Assembly: GCA_965655095.1 (NCBI GenBank) | Contig: OZ296652.1 | Coordinates: forward strand, 21,638,001-21,702,000 | Direction: 5' to 3' | DNA from: Haplodiscus bocki | Taxonomy: Eukaryota | Length of the DNA stretch: 64,000 bases | Shown: piece after piece, positions 12,240-25,230 of the stretch | Numbering within the stretch: the stretch's first letter is position 1 | Layout of the letters: each line of letters starts with the position of its first letter | Program-made: the position numbers and the translations under genes | The notes under the pieces: model-generated | What the model was told of the DNA's origin: nothing | The model's input: the letters and a program-made list of their open reading frames with translations, nothing else | Databases searched by the model: none

Positions 12240-13080
12240 TCTACACAGAAAGTCGTTGATTTCATTGGTGTCTGCGGATTACTAGTATTTAGCGAGATGA
12301 AATAAAAAATGAAAAATTTACGGACCAACTCAAGTAGGTAAATCAAAATTCACACTGAATAATTCGTCGTAACGTCAACTGAAGAACCGTCTATGGTGTA
12401 AGGATCAGAACTAGCGCTTTGAGTTTGATAATAAAGTGGATTAAGTTCATTCAAAAGAAGTAAAAGGATCAAAAACTGAACATCAAAAACTCCACCAAAT
12501 GTTACTTTAACGCTTATAGAATAACTAGCCAAACTTTGCATTAGGCAGTCATATGCACTAGTGTGATGATCGATTCGGAATCCATATTGTAAAAAAAATT
12601 CCGCACAGATATAAATCAGATCAAAAAGTGACCAAATTAAAGATTAAAACACTTTCCACACCATCAGAACGTTTTTACAACACCGTTGCAGATAACGCTG
12701 ACGACTGTCAAAATATAATTTGAAAGGCTTGCGTTTAAAGCTTCAGAAACGTTGCTATTTAAGAAACAGCATTCATTTACAGAAGCTACAGCATTGGTCG
12801 TTGATGAGATTGAAATTGGAAAATTTTGTAGTAATCGATGCTGAATTAGAACATGGATGCCTCACGAAATTATTGAGCGTAATTAAAACGTGTATAGACA
12901 GACCACTATGTGCAATTATAGGATGACTGGTGTATTTTTTTGAAATTATACAAGCAAACTAGACCGTGTGAAGTGTGCAAGGAAGTCGATTTGATTCGAA
13001 ATAGGCCAAGGCGAGTGGCGGTTCTGGTGGAAGAATGCAGGTATCGCAACTATAACAGTCAGGCACAGGACAAAACCTCT
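12240..13080 (+). pseudogene. Possible piggyBac transposase relic (C-terminal part)
   Basis: KSDQKVTKLKIKT...RFYNTVADNA (about 12613-12700) resembles the piggyBac D..DQ...NA region. It is followed by RPCEVC...EEC (about 12961-13040), resembling the cysteine-rich tail. Highly decayed. Confidence 0.3.
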
Positions 13081-13399
13081 GACTTTGAATAAGACGAAAC
13101 CTCCAATTTTTTTGATGAGACAAATGCACCGATTTTGTGAATGAGACAAAACAGTCGTTTTTTGTGTGAGAGAACTGCCGTAATTTCCCTTCCTAATAAT
13201 TGGACTCCAATTAACTACAATCAAGGAGATATAGGCGGTAAAAACTTAGAACGGGAATCCCGATATAACTTTAACACCCTCAAGTGTTAATCCATCCCTT
13301 ATTAAAAATACTCTTCGCAAAATCTTCAGTCACTCCACTTCAATTCATTAAACGATTGCACTTTGCGAAAATTAAGTTCAACACTAGCCAGAAAAGTGC

Positions 13400-14770
13400 T
13401 AAACTTGCCATTCAGGAAGGTTAAATCTACCAAAAAGGTGGCAAGTTTTTCAAAAAATACCGGGGCGGTGCAGTGAAGCCCATTTTAAAGAAAGGATAAA
13501 ACTTAAAAGGGAAAAATACAAATAAAAATTGAGCATTGCTACGGCACATCTCCTGATAGTTTAAACGCAAGAAAAATCCAGGAGTTATTAAAGAGCGAGG
13601 TAAGTTTTCTCACGACAAACCCGAAGCATTTGGGAGATAACTCGAGATCGAATTCCCCTTGAGATGGTTGTTGATCTTCGATTGCCAGGTTCAACAAGGA
13701 AAATGGTCAATCGCATGAGAGCAACAGCATTTTTCCTTTTGCCGCCAACACTAAAATTACTGACTGACGTTGTTGATATCCCTGACAGCCTCAAGATCAC
13801 CCACTGCCGACAGCAGTTCCTGTGTTATAACAGTGACTCGTGTGATCCAGATAGATTACCTATTTTCGCCACACCATCAGGCGTAGGGGCTCTGTAGAAC
13901 TCCGAGAGATGTTAGTGCAAGAGCACTTTTTCTTACATCGCCAGCTGTTTCCTATCAAATATATACAAATATTGGTGAAGTCTCGCTCACAAACATTTCC
14001 AATAATCCTCTGGTTTACGCGCCACTCCCAAAAAGAGACAATTATCCTAATATACACTTTTGAAAGCATTGAATTGGACAACAACTTTTATTTTATTTGA
14101 CTTTGAATTAGCAGTACGCATAGCATTGAAGCAGATTTCTTTCCACTGATGTTAAAATATCGTTCTGCTTTTTTCATTTCTCTCAGTCCTTACTGCGACA
14201 CGTACAAAACAAAAGCAAAAAAAACTGCGGTATGGGGAAAAAACTAGATTTAATTCAGATATATTTAAGTATGGCTGCTAACATTGCGTTCCTGCCGACC
14301 AAATATGTAATGAAGAGATTCGAACGACTTAAAGACTTTGATGGTGATTCAGATCTGACAGATTTTTTTAGAGTAATTTGAGAGGACTGCCGCAGGTGTA
14401 CCCAACAAACCGGAACTGGCAGACGTGCACTAGGATTCGCAAGTAGTGAATGAAACATTGACCAAGCGTTAATGGAAAGAAAAGTAGAATCAATAATATT
14501 GTCCAGGCGTGTAACAGATTTTTCAACAACGCTATCAAAGTAAAACGTGCCAATATCCCCAGGCTCATCTCCCTGTTCAAAGATTCACAGAATGACGGGG
14601 AGTTGAAAGTGGGAAAAGTTACGGTGGATGAGAGATATCTCGTGAAGAGAACGAAAATTGGAACACAATCACTACCACCCCGAAGCTATCGTATTGAACT
14701 ACGATACTGGCAAAACTAATATCATGAACTTCTTTGAAAAATACCTAACACTCTTGTTTTTCAGTTACCT
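13400..14770 (+). pseudogene. MULE (Mutator-like) transposase pseudogene
   Basis: Ordered MULE motifs across frameshifts: IPDSLKITHCRQQFLCYNSDSCDPDRLPIFAT, SPAVSYQIYT..PLVYAPLP (about 14007), DFELAVRIAL (14099), FCFFHFSQSLLRHVQ (14163), IAFLP and INNIVQACN. TIRs were not identified; ends are approximate. Confidence 0.85.
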
Positions 14771-14966
14771 TCAATTGCATTGTATATCACTTCTTCTCCA
14801 AATTTTTCAATTTATTCTATGCGACGACAGATTTTTCTCTGCTCTAATTTTCTGAGGGGTTTTCTTCAACGATCACCAAATGCGTTCTCCCGAGCGGCAA
14901 AAAAGCGCACTTTTCCTCAAAACTGCTCCTTTATAGAGCCATATTATGATTCTGCTCATGAAATTG

Positions 14967-17900
14967 ATTTTGATTTGAAGCAAATGTATGTCTTATACGT
15001 CGGCGTGTGTTGAAAACCGTGTTGTGAAACACTAACGTTATTTTAGCCTCACGCATTTGGAGGCAAGAATTAAAGTATTCCGCCTAGCACAACTAAAAGT
15101 CTCAGTCAAAGTGTTGGCCAAAAGCAAAATTTAGGCTGGGAGAACAATTGAGTGTAAATTGAGCATCAGCTTAAACGAAAAGATTTTTTGAAAAAAACTG
15201 CAATTTCTTGAAAATAAAACCAAATGTAGTGAAGTCAAACATGTAAACACAATTGAAAAAAGGGAATGTTTTCTCAATTGAGCCCGAACAGGACAGTGAA
15301 AGCTATCCCAATTTTATTTCACGTTAGCTAACAGCAGAATTTTTTGAAAAAACCATTCTGTGGCAAACTCACATCAAAATGAAGTTTGGGGTCCCCTAAA
15401 TGTAACGAGGCTTCGTTTACAAAAATTCAGCAGTTTAACAACCAGTTTCAATACAAGGAAAGGTTCACTGCAAACTGCTGTATCTTTCAGGAGGTACTTT
15501 TGCTCTTTAAAACGACATCAAAAACAGTGGTTGTAATTTTCCGTCATCAGAAAAGAGTTGGTTTTACTCAACAACGCGAGCTCAAAAACGGAAATCCAAG
15601 CAGCCGAATGAAAATCTCACTCACCAGCCAACTCTTGTTCAGAAGTCTATTCTCGCAAAATTTTTATCAAACACCGAACGATTAGTTTTGAAAAGTGATG
15701 TTTGCAATTAGAAACACAAGATTTGGAATCCAAATCCAAATCTGTTTCAAATTTTTGCTAAGACTCAAATCTTCGACAAAAGCTCTTTTTTATCCTGACA
15801 AAGTAATTAGAGTTAGACACCAGAAATGTGGCAAGAGGTCTAAAAGACGTGTTTCAATCAGCTTCTATACCAAAGGCGAGAAATTTGTTGAAATTTTTCT
15901 CGACAAAGCAATATTTTCCATCATGTTTGAACAATTAAAGTCAGAATAAAAGGTACCTTGAAACTTCGCTTTTAGGTTTCCAAAAAAGTTCAAGTGTTAA
16001 AAACAGGTGCGCAAAAAGGGTAATGAATAATTTTGCCACCAAAGCAAGTTGTTTTTTTTATCAGTGGAGTTTTTGATGGAGTTCAGATGTATGTTGCTCA
16101 CAACAAACGTTCTCTTGATCTGAGAGAATGCAAGAAACAGTAATGTTTAGAATACTTAAAATTTTACCCACACTGTTTCGAATGTCACATCAAACCAACC
16201 AATCTTCAATTTGAGTATCGGATCCACAAATGTCAGTTCAAAATATGAAATTTTTTTTGTGTTGAAACAAAACACTGAAATTGCCGCTGAAAGGTTATCG
16301 TAACCAACCCAGTTTTCAAAAATCAATGTGTTTTTCGGCCCGTTTTTAAGCACACCTCTAATTGTCTGCTTCAAACTTTTTCAGGATGGAAAGCAAAACT
16401 GAAAATCTTGGTGCTGAATAGCGATTTGACGAAAAGAATTCAAAAAAGGACTTGACTTTGAGAAACCATGAATAAAAACCATGGAAAGTTGCGCTCCACT
16501 TAAAACATTGCATAATGAAATTATGCGTTGAATGTTTGTCTGGATACTTCAATCAACTAGTTTTCGAGACTCACTTGGAACATTGAGCACTAAAGACTTT
16601 CCCGTTGGCTTGCTGCTTTTCAAAACCATTAGAAGACGAATTTTTTTATTCTGTTCAAAGATTGAGGTCTAATGTGCTACCGTCAAAGAAAAGTTCTTCA
16701 AAACTTCAAAACGTAGTGTACTTCAGAGGGTAGTAGCGGGCCATGTTTTACTTTGAGAATGGCACCGACTGGACCCCATAACGCTTAGCTTGCCACGCTT
16801 TCTGCCAACCTAACAAATAAAATAACTTAATGAAAAGAACGCCCAGTCTTCCGCAAAGAAGCACTGACTTTGGCCTAGTTCTGTTTGTCAACTTTTTTGT
16901 GGTAGAGGTGTTCTATGGATTAATAGCATTCGCTTGAACTCAGCTGGCCAACTTTTTTTGTTGAATGGGAAACACATTTTAGGGCAATTTGTAATACTTT
17001 TCTTACGTTGCTTGTCGTAGAAACTTCCTTTTGCAAATAAACCAAAATTCAGTTTGAACTCAGTGGATAAAGGCGAAACCTGAATAGTTGTATTTTTTCG
17101 CTGCAGACAATGGTTGTCCTTCTTTGTAACTTTCGATTCATGTCTGACGGTTTCACAACAGGGCGAAAACAACGTTAGCAGTAACTTTTAGTCCTAAAAC
17201 GAAGCCAAATTCAACACTTTGTTCATGAGGAAACCTCTCATGTCAACTTTTTATTAGGCTTCACCAAGACTGAAACCTTAGTTTGCTCCTTGCTTTTAGT
17301 TGGAGATGATCTCGTTGCTTCAAATTATAAAGGTAGTATGGCATATATGCTGAAGCCTACAAAATGTGTCCTGTAGTCCAAATATTCAAGCTTCCTTAAA
17401 ACGCTTACGTTTCCCAGCCAGTTTTTGTTTTTGTCATATTCACGGTTTCTGCTCTGTGGGAATTAGTGGCAACTAACAAAATTTGCAAACAGCGATTGCT
17501 GCTTGTAAGGTTTGTTATCAGGCACATATGCCACAATATTTTACAGTACCCTCACTAGATGAGTCATACTGAGGTTGGGGACAGTGCTATGTTTGTTTCT
17601 CAACGTTGCTCAGCTAAAATCAAAGCGTCTGCACAAGGTTTAGGTTGGAAAGTCAGGATTCAGGAATGGAGTTTCACGAAGTCAGGTGGAGCGTCCAGCA
17701 ATAAATGTAGTGCTAGCTCGGGTACAAAAATTTGCAACTGCTCGAGTGAGGCATGTTTCGATTGCATCAAACCATTGAAATTGACATTTTCTCAATTCAA
17801 ATCTGTTTGAAAACTTGACAAATTTATGCCAATTGAAAAACCGACATTCCCGCCCATTTGCGAAAACGAAGATCTTAAACATTAATTCATCTTGAATAAG

Positions 17901-20585
17901 CCGTATTGAAGAAGTTCCTTTCCACATAAAGCATGAAGCCTTTCTCCGCCCACTATATATAAAACATTCAATTGCAGGTCATGGTTCCTGTATTTGCTAA
18001 GGGTGACATTTTTCGCCAAGCAAAAGCGACAAACGGCAATAAAAATTCTAGTTTTTCCGCTTTCGACAGGAGGTTCAAGACCTCTTTGAACGCATCCAGT
18101 TTGTGGTCGGTCAAGAATGCTTCTATCAAAATTATGCTATTTGGTTTGGCCATACTTCCACATTATATTGTGAAGTCCTTAGAAAGCTGAATTTCGTCAA
18201 CAACCACACCAATTATTTCTTGGAAAGCTTCGACCAAAGATTCATAAAGTCGAAACTCTTTATTCTTTACTTTCACTAGAAGTCGCTAAACACTGTTTTT
18301 CGCAGTGAGTTTTATAAAAGTTCGTTTCCCGATTGTTCAAGTTTTCCGGTTTAATGCCTGGCAGTTGTTAACCATCATCTTTTGCGACCGAGTCAACTCT
18401 GTGTTGCGTATTGGATGAAGATTTGATCAGAAAAGTTGAAAAACGCAGTTTCTTCAATGCTGTAGATTCAAAATCAGTCTTGATTTTTTCCCGCTGATTA
18501 TGGGTCCTGCAAAAAACTCTTTTTTGCCGAACGTTGTTTCTAAATGGGCTACAAGCGATAACCTTAACATCAGGTTTCGCAGTGAGCATACGAACAAATT
18601 GGTAGTGAATCTACAACCAATCCAAAGTTATGTTTCCATGAGAGTAGGCTGAACAACGCTGTCCGATTGTTATTGACTGTTGTTGGATGGATTGAGAAAA
18701 GTTTACACCTAATCTGTGATGTGATGAAATCAACGGAACAAGGGTTGTCTTTTTTCCTTCCACCGTAGTTGTTTTTCATTTCAGAGACGCTTGTGTAAGT
18801 TTCTGAAGTTGTAAAAACGTTCACGTAATTTTTTTGTCCAAAAACTTGTGGTTTCAATTGCGTCTGTCAGAGCCAATCACTCACTACGCTTCACCCCAGC
18901 TAGCACTACATTTATTGCTGGACGCTCCACCTGACTTCGTGAAACTCCATTCCTGAATCCTGACTTTCCAACCTAAACCTTGTGCAGACGCTTTGATTTT
19001 AGCTGAGCAACGTTGAGAAACAAACATAGCACTGTCCCCAACCTCAGTATGACTCATCTAGTGAGGGTACTGTAAAAGATTGTGGCATATGTGCCTGATA
19101 ACAAACCTTACAACCAGCAATCGCTGTTGGCAAATTTTGTTAGTTGCCACTTTTTCCCACAAAACAGAAACCGTGAATATGAAAAAAACAAAAACTGGCT
19201 GGGGAACGTAAGCGTTTTAAGGGAGCTAGAATATTTGGACTACGGGACACATTTTGTAGGCTTAACTTTTATGCCATACTATCTATATAATTTTAAGCAA
19301 CGAGATCAACCCGAACTAAAAACAAGGAACAAAATAAGGTTTCAGTTTTAGTAAAGCTTAATAAAAAGCTGACATGAGAGGTTTCCTCATGACCAGAGTA
19401 TTGAATTTTGCTTCGTTTTAGGACTAAAAGATTCTGCTGACATTGTTTTCGCCCAGTTGTAAAACAGTCAGACACGAATCGAAAGTCACAAAGAAGGACA
19501 ACCAGTTTTTGCAGCGAAAAAAAAATAACTATTCAGGTTTCACCTTTATTCACTGAGTTCAAACTGAATTTTGGTTTATTTGCAAAAGGAAGGGTCTACG
19601 ATAAGCAACGTAAATAAAAAAAACAAATTGCTCGAAAATGTATTTACCAATCAACAAAAAAACTTGGCCAGCTGAGTTCAAGCGAATGCTAGTATTGCGT
19701 GGAACACCTCCACCACAAAAAAGTTGACAAACAGAACTAGGCCAAAGTCAGTGCTTCCCTGTGGAAGACTGTGCGTTCTTTTCTTTAATGTACTCTAGTT
19801 GTTAGTTGTTAGGTTGGCAGAAAGCGTCGCAAGCTAAGCGTTATGGGGTCCATTCTCTGCCTTGCTCAAAGTGTACATGGCCTTTTGCTACTCTGAAGTA
19901 CTCTACGTTTCGAAGTTTTGAAGAACTTTTCACTGAACGTAGCACAAAAGACTTCGACCCCTAAACCGAATCAAGAAACCCGTCTTCTATTGGTTTTGAA
20001 AGGCAGAAAGCCAACGGGGAAGTCCATAATGCTCAATATTCCAAGTGGGTCTGAAAAATTTGCTGATTGTAGCATCCAGACAAACATTCAACGCATGATA
20101 TCTTTATGGAGTGTTTTAAGTGGAGCGGAATTTTTCATGGTTCTTTATCTGTGGTTTCTCAAGGTCAATTCGTTTTTTGAAAATTCTTTTCCTCAAATCG
20201 CTGTTCAGCACCATGATTTTCAGTTTTGCTCTCCATATTGAAACGCTTTGAAACAAACGATTGTTCGGGCTCAATTGAGAAGGCATTCCCTTTTTTCAAT
20301 TGTGTTTAGATGTTTGACTTCACTAGATTTGATTCCAATTTCAAGAAATTGCAGTTTTTTTCAAAAAATCTTTTCGTTTAAGCTGATGCTCAATTTACAC
20401 TCAATTGTTCTCCCAACCTAAATTTTGCTTTTGGCCACCACTTTGGCTGAGACTTTTAGTTGTGCTAGGCGGAATATTTCAATTGTTGCTTCAAAATGCG
20501 TGAGGCTAAAATAACGTTAGTGTTTCACAACACGGTTTTCAACACACGCCGACACGTAAGACATACTTTTGCTTCAAAATAAAAT
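14967..20585. repeat. 5.6-kb imperfect palindrome (long inverted repeat)
   Basis: 14967-15291 pairs with about 20262-20585, and 16360-17718 pairs with 18898-20262. 15292-16359 is absent from the right arm. The spacer is about 17719-18897. Confidence 0.95.
17544..19072 (-). mobile_element. pogo/Tc1-mariner-like element with decayed transposase at the centre of the palindrome
   Basis: TA|CAGTACCCTC...GAGGGTACTG|TA with about 175 bp of perfect inverted identity. Minus-strand remnants: GPII (18496-18507; CENP-B-type HTH), PENLNNRETNFYK (18310-18349; compare the N.DETGLF start of DDE_1) and LPFVAFAWRKMSP (compare the AW helix). Confidence 0.6.
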
Positions 20586-23500
20586 GCGTTTTTGATGTTA
20601 GCTCAGAAAACTGCATAATTTTCATTACTTTGGCTTTCAGGGTTGTTGGACTTGTGCTTAATTACTTTCCAAAATGAATTGTGGACTCATACAGATTTGT
20701 AGGTCATTTTTGTACCTAAAGTCAGAGCTCTAGGACAAACCTGCGATGTGAAATCGCATTAAAAAGGCATTTTCAGACAATTGGTGTTTTATGCAATTCA
20801 TGAGTGGTTTTTCATTGCATTAATTTTCTTCCTTCCTGGAAACAGGTTCATGTGTGAGATTTTGCCAAAACACAGCGTTTTTTGAGCGGCATTTGGTTTG
20901 AATTTTTGTGGGGCTGACGGTCAGTTGTTTTGCAATATGATTTTGTTGTCACCAGTATTTGTACATCTTGTACGTACGTGTTTAGTTGAGGCCGGATATG
21001 TAGAAAAAACCTTTCGAAATGAATTATCAAAAGCACGCCTTTTCAGATAGTTTTTGGGCTTTCCGTTATATAGTAGTAGTGTCTATTTGCTTCTAAATTG
21101 CTTTTGCGGGACTAAAGTTACTAATTTGTCGGTAAATTTGCAAGAGAACGGCGATTTCAGCAAGCTCTTTGACTCTCTGTAATTTGATACCAACACCTAG
21201 TGTTTTAAAATTATGTATTAGAGTAATTGAGTTTAGTGCATGAAATGTTTAGTTGTATGTTTTAACTGTCTTAAATTGCGTTTTGTGATGCAAATATGAC
21301 AAAACAATGCACCTTTCAGCAACCATTCTGGTCATCGGTTTTCAGAGATGCGTTGAATTTTCTCAGAAGGTGGCTTTTTTTCTGCCCACGACTAGTATAT
21401 CAAATGTTTTTTTGCAAGCCTAGCACAACCTTTTTGACATGAATTTGGAAAACAAGGCGTTTTAGAAAGTTTTTTATTATACCGTTCTTCTCATAGTAAC
21501 GTGACTTCGGATTTCCCTAGCCACTACGATAAAAATTTATAGGAGCTCGTAGTTTATTCATTTTTCAGTTTTTTGGACTCACCCACAAATTTTTAATTAC
21601 GTCCGATGTTGTAAAGGCAACTTTTTGAAAGGAGTGTGTGGAAACGCGGCTTATCCGCAAAATCTTCTGGTTTGAGGCGTGGTGACACTAACCTTTAATT
21701 GTTTTTCCAATAGACTTTCTAACTAACTCACACTCTTTATGAAATGCTTATTTTGGTTGGTTCGTTTTAATTTCAGTTCGGACTTTTCACAGTTTTTGTG
21801 TTTTGAATATTGTCAAGCTGCCATTTATTTTTTATCCAGTATGTTTTTGGACTCGCCGAAAGTTATGCAACAAGTGCTTAACTGAGGTCGGAATTCCAGA
21901 TTTAGCTCTTCTGCTATGGGTTTGCCAAACCACGGCTTTTCAGAATGTCTTTTAGTTTTAGGCATTGTAAGATTAACGTTCAAGTGTTTCAGTTGGCGGA
22001 AATTTAAATATGGGGGAAAAGTCATCCGCTCAAAACGCTGAAATTATTTTTTTCCTACATTTTTTGCAAATTGGTAAAGTCCGACTTGATACTACATGAG
22101 TTCCGTTTTGAATTTGAAGTTTTTAAACTCGTAGAGTGCTATTGAAATAGTAAGAATTCTCATTAGTTACAATTTTTTGCTCTTCTTGAAAAACTTGTAA
22201 CATTTCTATCAAAGTAGAAGCTTTTGTCACATAATGGAAAACTCTCAAATAATTCTCAAGAATTTTCAACGGAGCGTTTTTAGAACTGTTAAATCTACGT
22301 AGAAAATTAGCTTTGTCAACAAATTTTTACAGTTGAATTACCTACTGTGTACTCAGTCAACAAAAATCAGTTTGGGTTTAATTTGTAATTTACTTTTTTT
22401 TTGACTGAGAAAATTTTCTGTTGAGAGTCAAAAATTGCATTTGAACCCCTCCCCTTTTCTCTAATTCTCACATGCCAAGTGACATTTACCAGTTAGTCCT
22501 TCAAAAAAATCAACATGAGGAAATTAAGGCAAAGAAGGGGCTCACCTCAAAGTTGGCAAAAGTTTGAACATTTCCAATCAGAGGAAACAGCTCCTTTCAA
22601 AGATTTTCCAACTGCTACTTTTCCGAAGTTGAAATGAAGACGCAATGTTTTGGCATTGGCAACTTGGTTGGGCCAACTCCAAAACAACACCACAGAGTTT
22701 TGTGTGATTTCTGTTTTCGGAAGGACATCGAGAAAAACTTTGGCCAATTCTATTTGCAAAATCACTGCGTACTACAGGTAAGCAGTTTGAATGAAAATGC
22801 TATCATTAAAACATTATGAACTTACAGTTGCTTTTACTTGTATAAGGGGCTGACACGTTTCATTTCAATGATAGTATACTTTGCGCAGATTTTCTGCGTT
22901 TTCTCCTGCTATGCTGCATCTGTATTTTGTTTAGTTTTGGCACACTGAACGGAATCAAGCTCTGCATTCACTTCGCCAAACAAACGATTTTGAAGAATGC
23001 TGGTGCAAGCTCTGTCAAGTAAACAGTTGCATGCTAAACTTGGCTAAGGGCTTTTAGCTCGAGTTTTGCATACTTCATTTTACTTTTCAAAACTTTGTCT
23101 CACTGCGAGCCTTCTGAAATGGTGAAACTCTGCAAAAAGTTTCTGTTCAAAGCTTATATCTTCAAACTTGACACTTTTTGGGCGCAATGCATTCAAACTT
23201 TTTGAAATAACTCAGTACAATTTGGCTGAAAATATCATTTAGAGAAAATTTTGTTCAGTATTCTAACAGCTCCCGTGCACTATGTTCGTCAAAATTGGAA
23301 AAAAAGCGCAAGATGACTTTGGACGACCACAGTTTTATTTTAGAGCTCTGCAACAACTTCAAGACTCCCGAAAATTTGTAACGGGAACGCCTCAATCAAC
23401 ACCACCTGTCTATTGGAAGTTCCAAATCATTTTTTTGCTTATCTCGATGTCCATTCAACTTACGTTGAAAGATCTTCCATTTAATTTTCCCCAGCCAAGA

Positions 23501-23717
23501 TCCTGCTCATAAGACATTTTGTCTGCTGACAGGAACGGAAAGCCCATTTGACTCGTTTTGCCATATCAGTGATTGGAGAGGGTCGTCATCAAACCACCTA
23601 TGCACCTTGACAACTATACTTTTTACCAATGCTTAAGTTGACCCAAGAGAGAATGCGCTATAGGGAGTCAATAGAATCTTCGTTAGAATCGAATGATCAA
23701 CCTCCACACACAAAAAC

Positions 23718-24110
23718 CCCAGTCGAGAACACAAGGCTAACATTGACGAATCACTATTGTTGTCATCAATACCATCAACTACGCATCAATTCTACATCGA
23801 ACATCGTAAACATTGATGACTTTTTGATATTACATCAATGTTTCATCCATGTTTTCAATGTTTTTCCACATTTAATTTCCACAATGTTCTGTCAAATAAG
23901 CATCAATGATTCATCAATGAAACATCGATGAATCATCAATAAAACAGTGATGGATCGTGGATGAGGAAATAACTAAATTTAGGACTTCTGTGACTGGAAT
24001 TAAAGCACTGAAAGTACGATAGTTGTGAATATGATCTCCTCTGATCCAATTCACTAAAGTTCTTGTTCAAAAAGTTGATTTGCAAGGCAAAAAGCGATGG
24101 TCTCGGACAA
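23718..24110 (+). mobile_element. 5' half of the CCCAG TIR element, copy B
   Basis: Starts cccagtcgagaacac and is colinear with 11351-11740 (for example ttctacatcgaacatcgtaaacatt); 3'-truncated. Confidence 0.85.
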
Positions 24111-24406
24111 ATTACCGAATTAGATATTTCTGTTTAGTCCAAAGCCTAAAAAGGATACTTTTTTGTAGGTTGCCTAAATTTTGTTTGAAAATGTTGCAGA
24201 TCTCTTCTAAAACTTGATTGATTGAAATGTAGCCAAAGGCAAAATTAGAAAACAAAAATGCCTAAATTCCCTAAAAGTAGAAAAACTAGCTATTTTTCGA
24301 CTATTGCGAGCAAAAATAGGACCTCATTAAAGAATAGATTTGAAATTGGTGATGTATCTAGTTAACTTTTGGAGCTTCTGGAATTATAAAATAAAGAAAC
24401 TACAAT

Positions 24407-25230
24407 CCCAGTAGAAAACACATTGATAACATTGATGATTCATCCATGTCGTCATCAAAAGAACAAGCATGTTAATTTCAGAAACAACGACGCGATTCCG
24501 ATGCAACATTGAAGAAACATTGATGATTTTGATCCAATCACTAAAAATTATTATTGTTTACAATATGCTGTTTTTTGAAACATTGATGTTCCATTAATGT
24601 TTTGTTGATGATTCGTTGATGAATTCTTGAGGATACATTGATAAATTCGATGGAAACATTGAATATCACTAATGATTACAAAAACCAATATTTCAACACA
24701 TCGATTTTTCAATAATGATTAAAGTATCATTGACGTTTGGTTCCTAAATTTAAGTAATAACATCATGTGAAAAGAGATAAATGAGGTAAGAGCACCAGGA
24801 TACGAAAATGTAAAGCAAACGAAAATATCGTACGAATTAAAACTATCACAAATTTTGCCGAACAAAAATTCGAAGTAAGAAGTCAAGTCTTTGCAAGGTT
24901 TTACTTTTCAGAAAACTATAGGAAAACAAGCTCCTGAAAAAGTGAGTTTTGTCTAGGAACCAATTGAAGAAATCAGTCATACAACATGTAAACGTAGCCT
25001 TTTTCTACGTTGTTTCATTGATGAATACTTCATTGATGATTCATCGACGCTTCATCATCGATCAATCATTGATGTTTAGTAGACGGAATATTGCTGGCTT
25101 CCATGTGAGAAAACAATGAAAACATACATGAAACAATGACTTAACATCAGAATGACATCAATGTTTAGGATGTTTGATGCAAAAATGATGCATCGTTAAT
25201 GTAATTGATGACAACTTTAACGAATCACTG
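24407..25230 (-). mobile_element. Inverted near-complete CCCAG TIR element, copy C
   Basis: Begins cccagtagaaaacacattgataacattgatgattcat, the reverse complement of the copy A right end. Continues colinearly through cattgacgtttggttcc and gagcaccagga to the reverse complement of the 5' part; the distal TIR is lost. Confidence 0.8.

Noticed and set aside
13271-13290. ttaacac-cctcaa-gtgttaa dyad as a piggyBac end
   Set aside because: Short, with no matching left end found; plausible by chance.
22540-23620. Second hAT-like transposase relic on the minus strand (LELPIDRW...)
   Set aside because: Only one or two weak motif resemblances and no termini; not supportable by eye.
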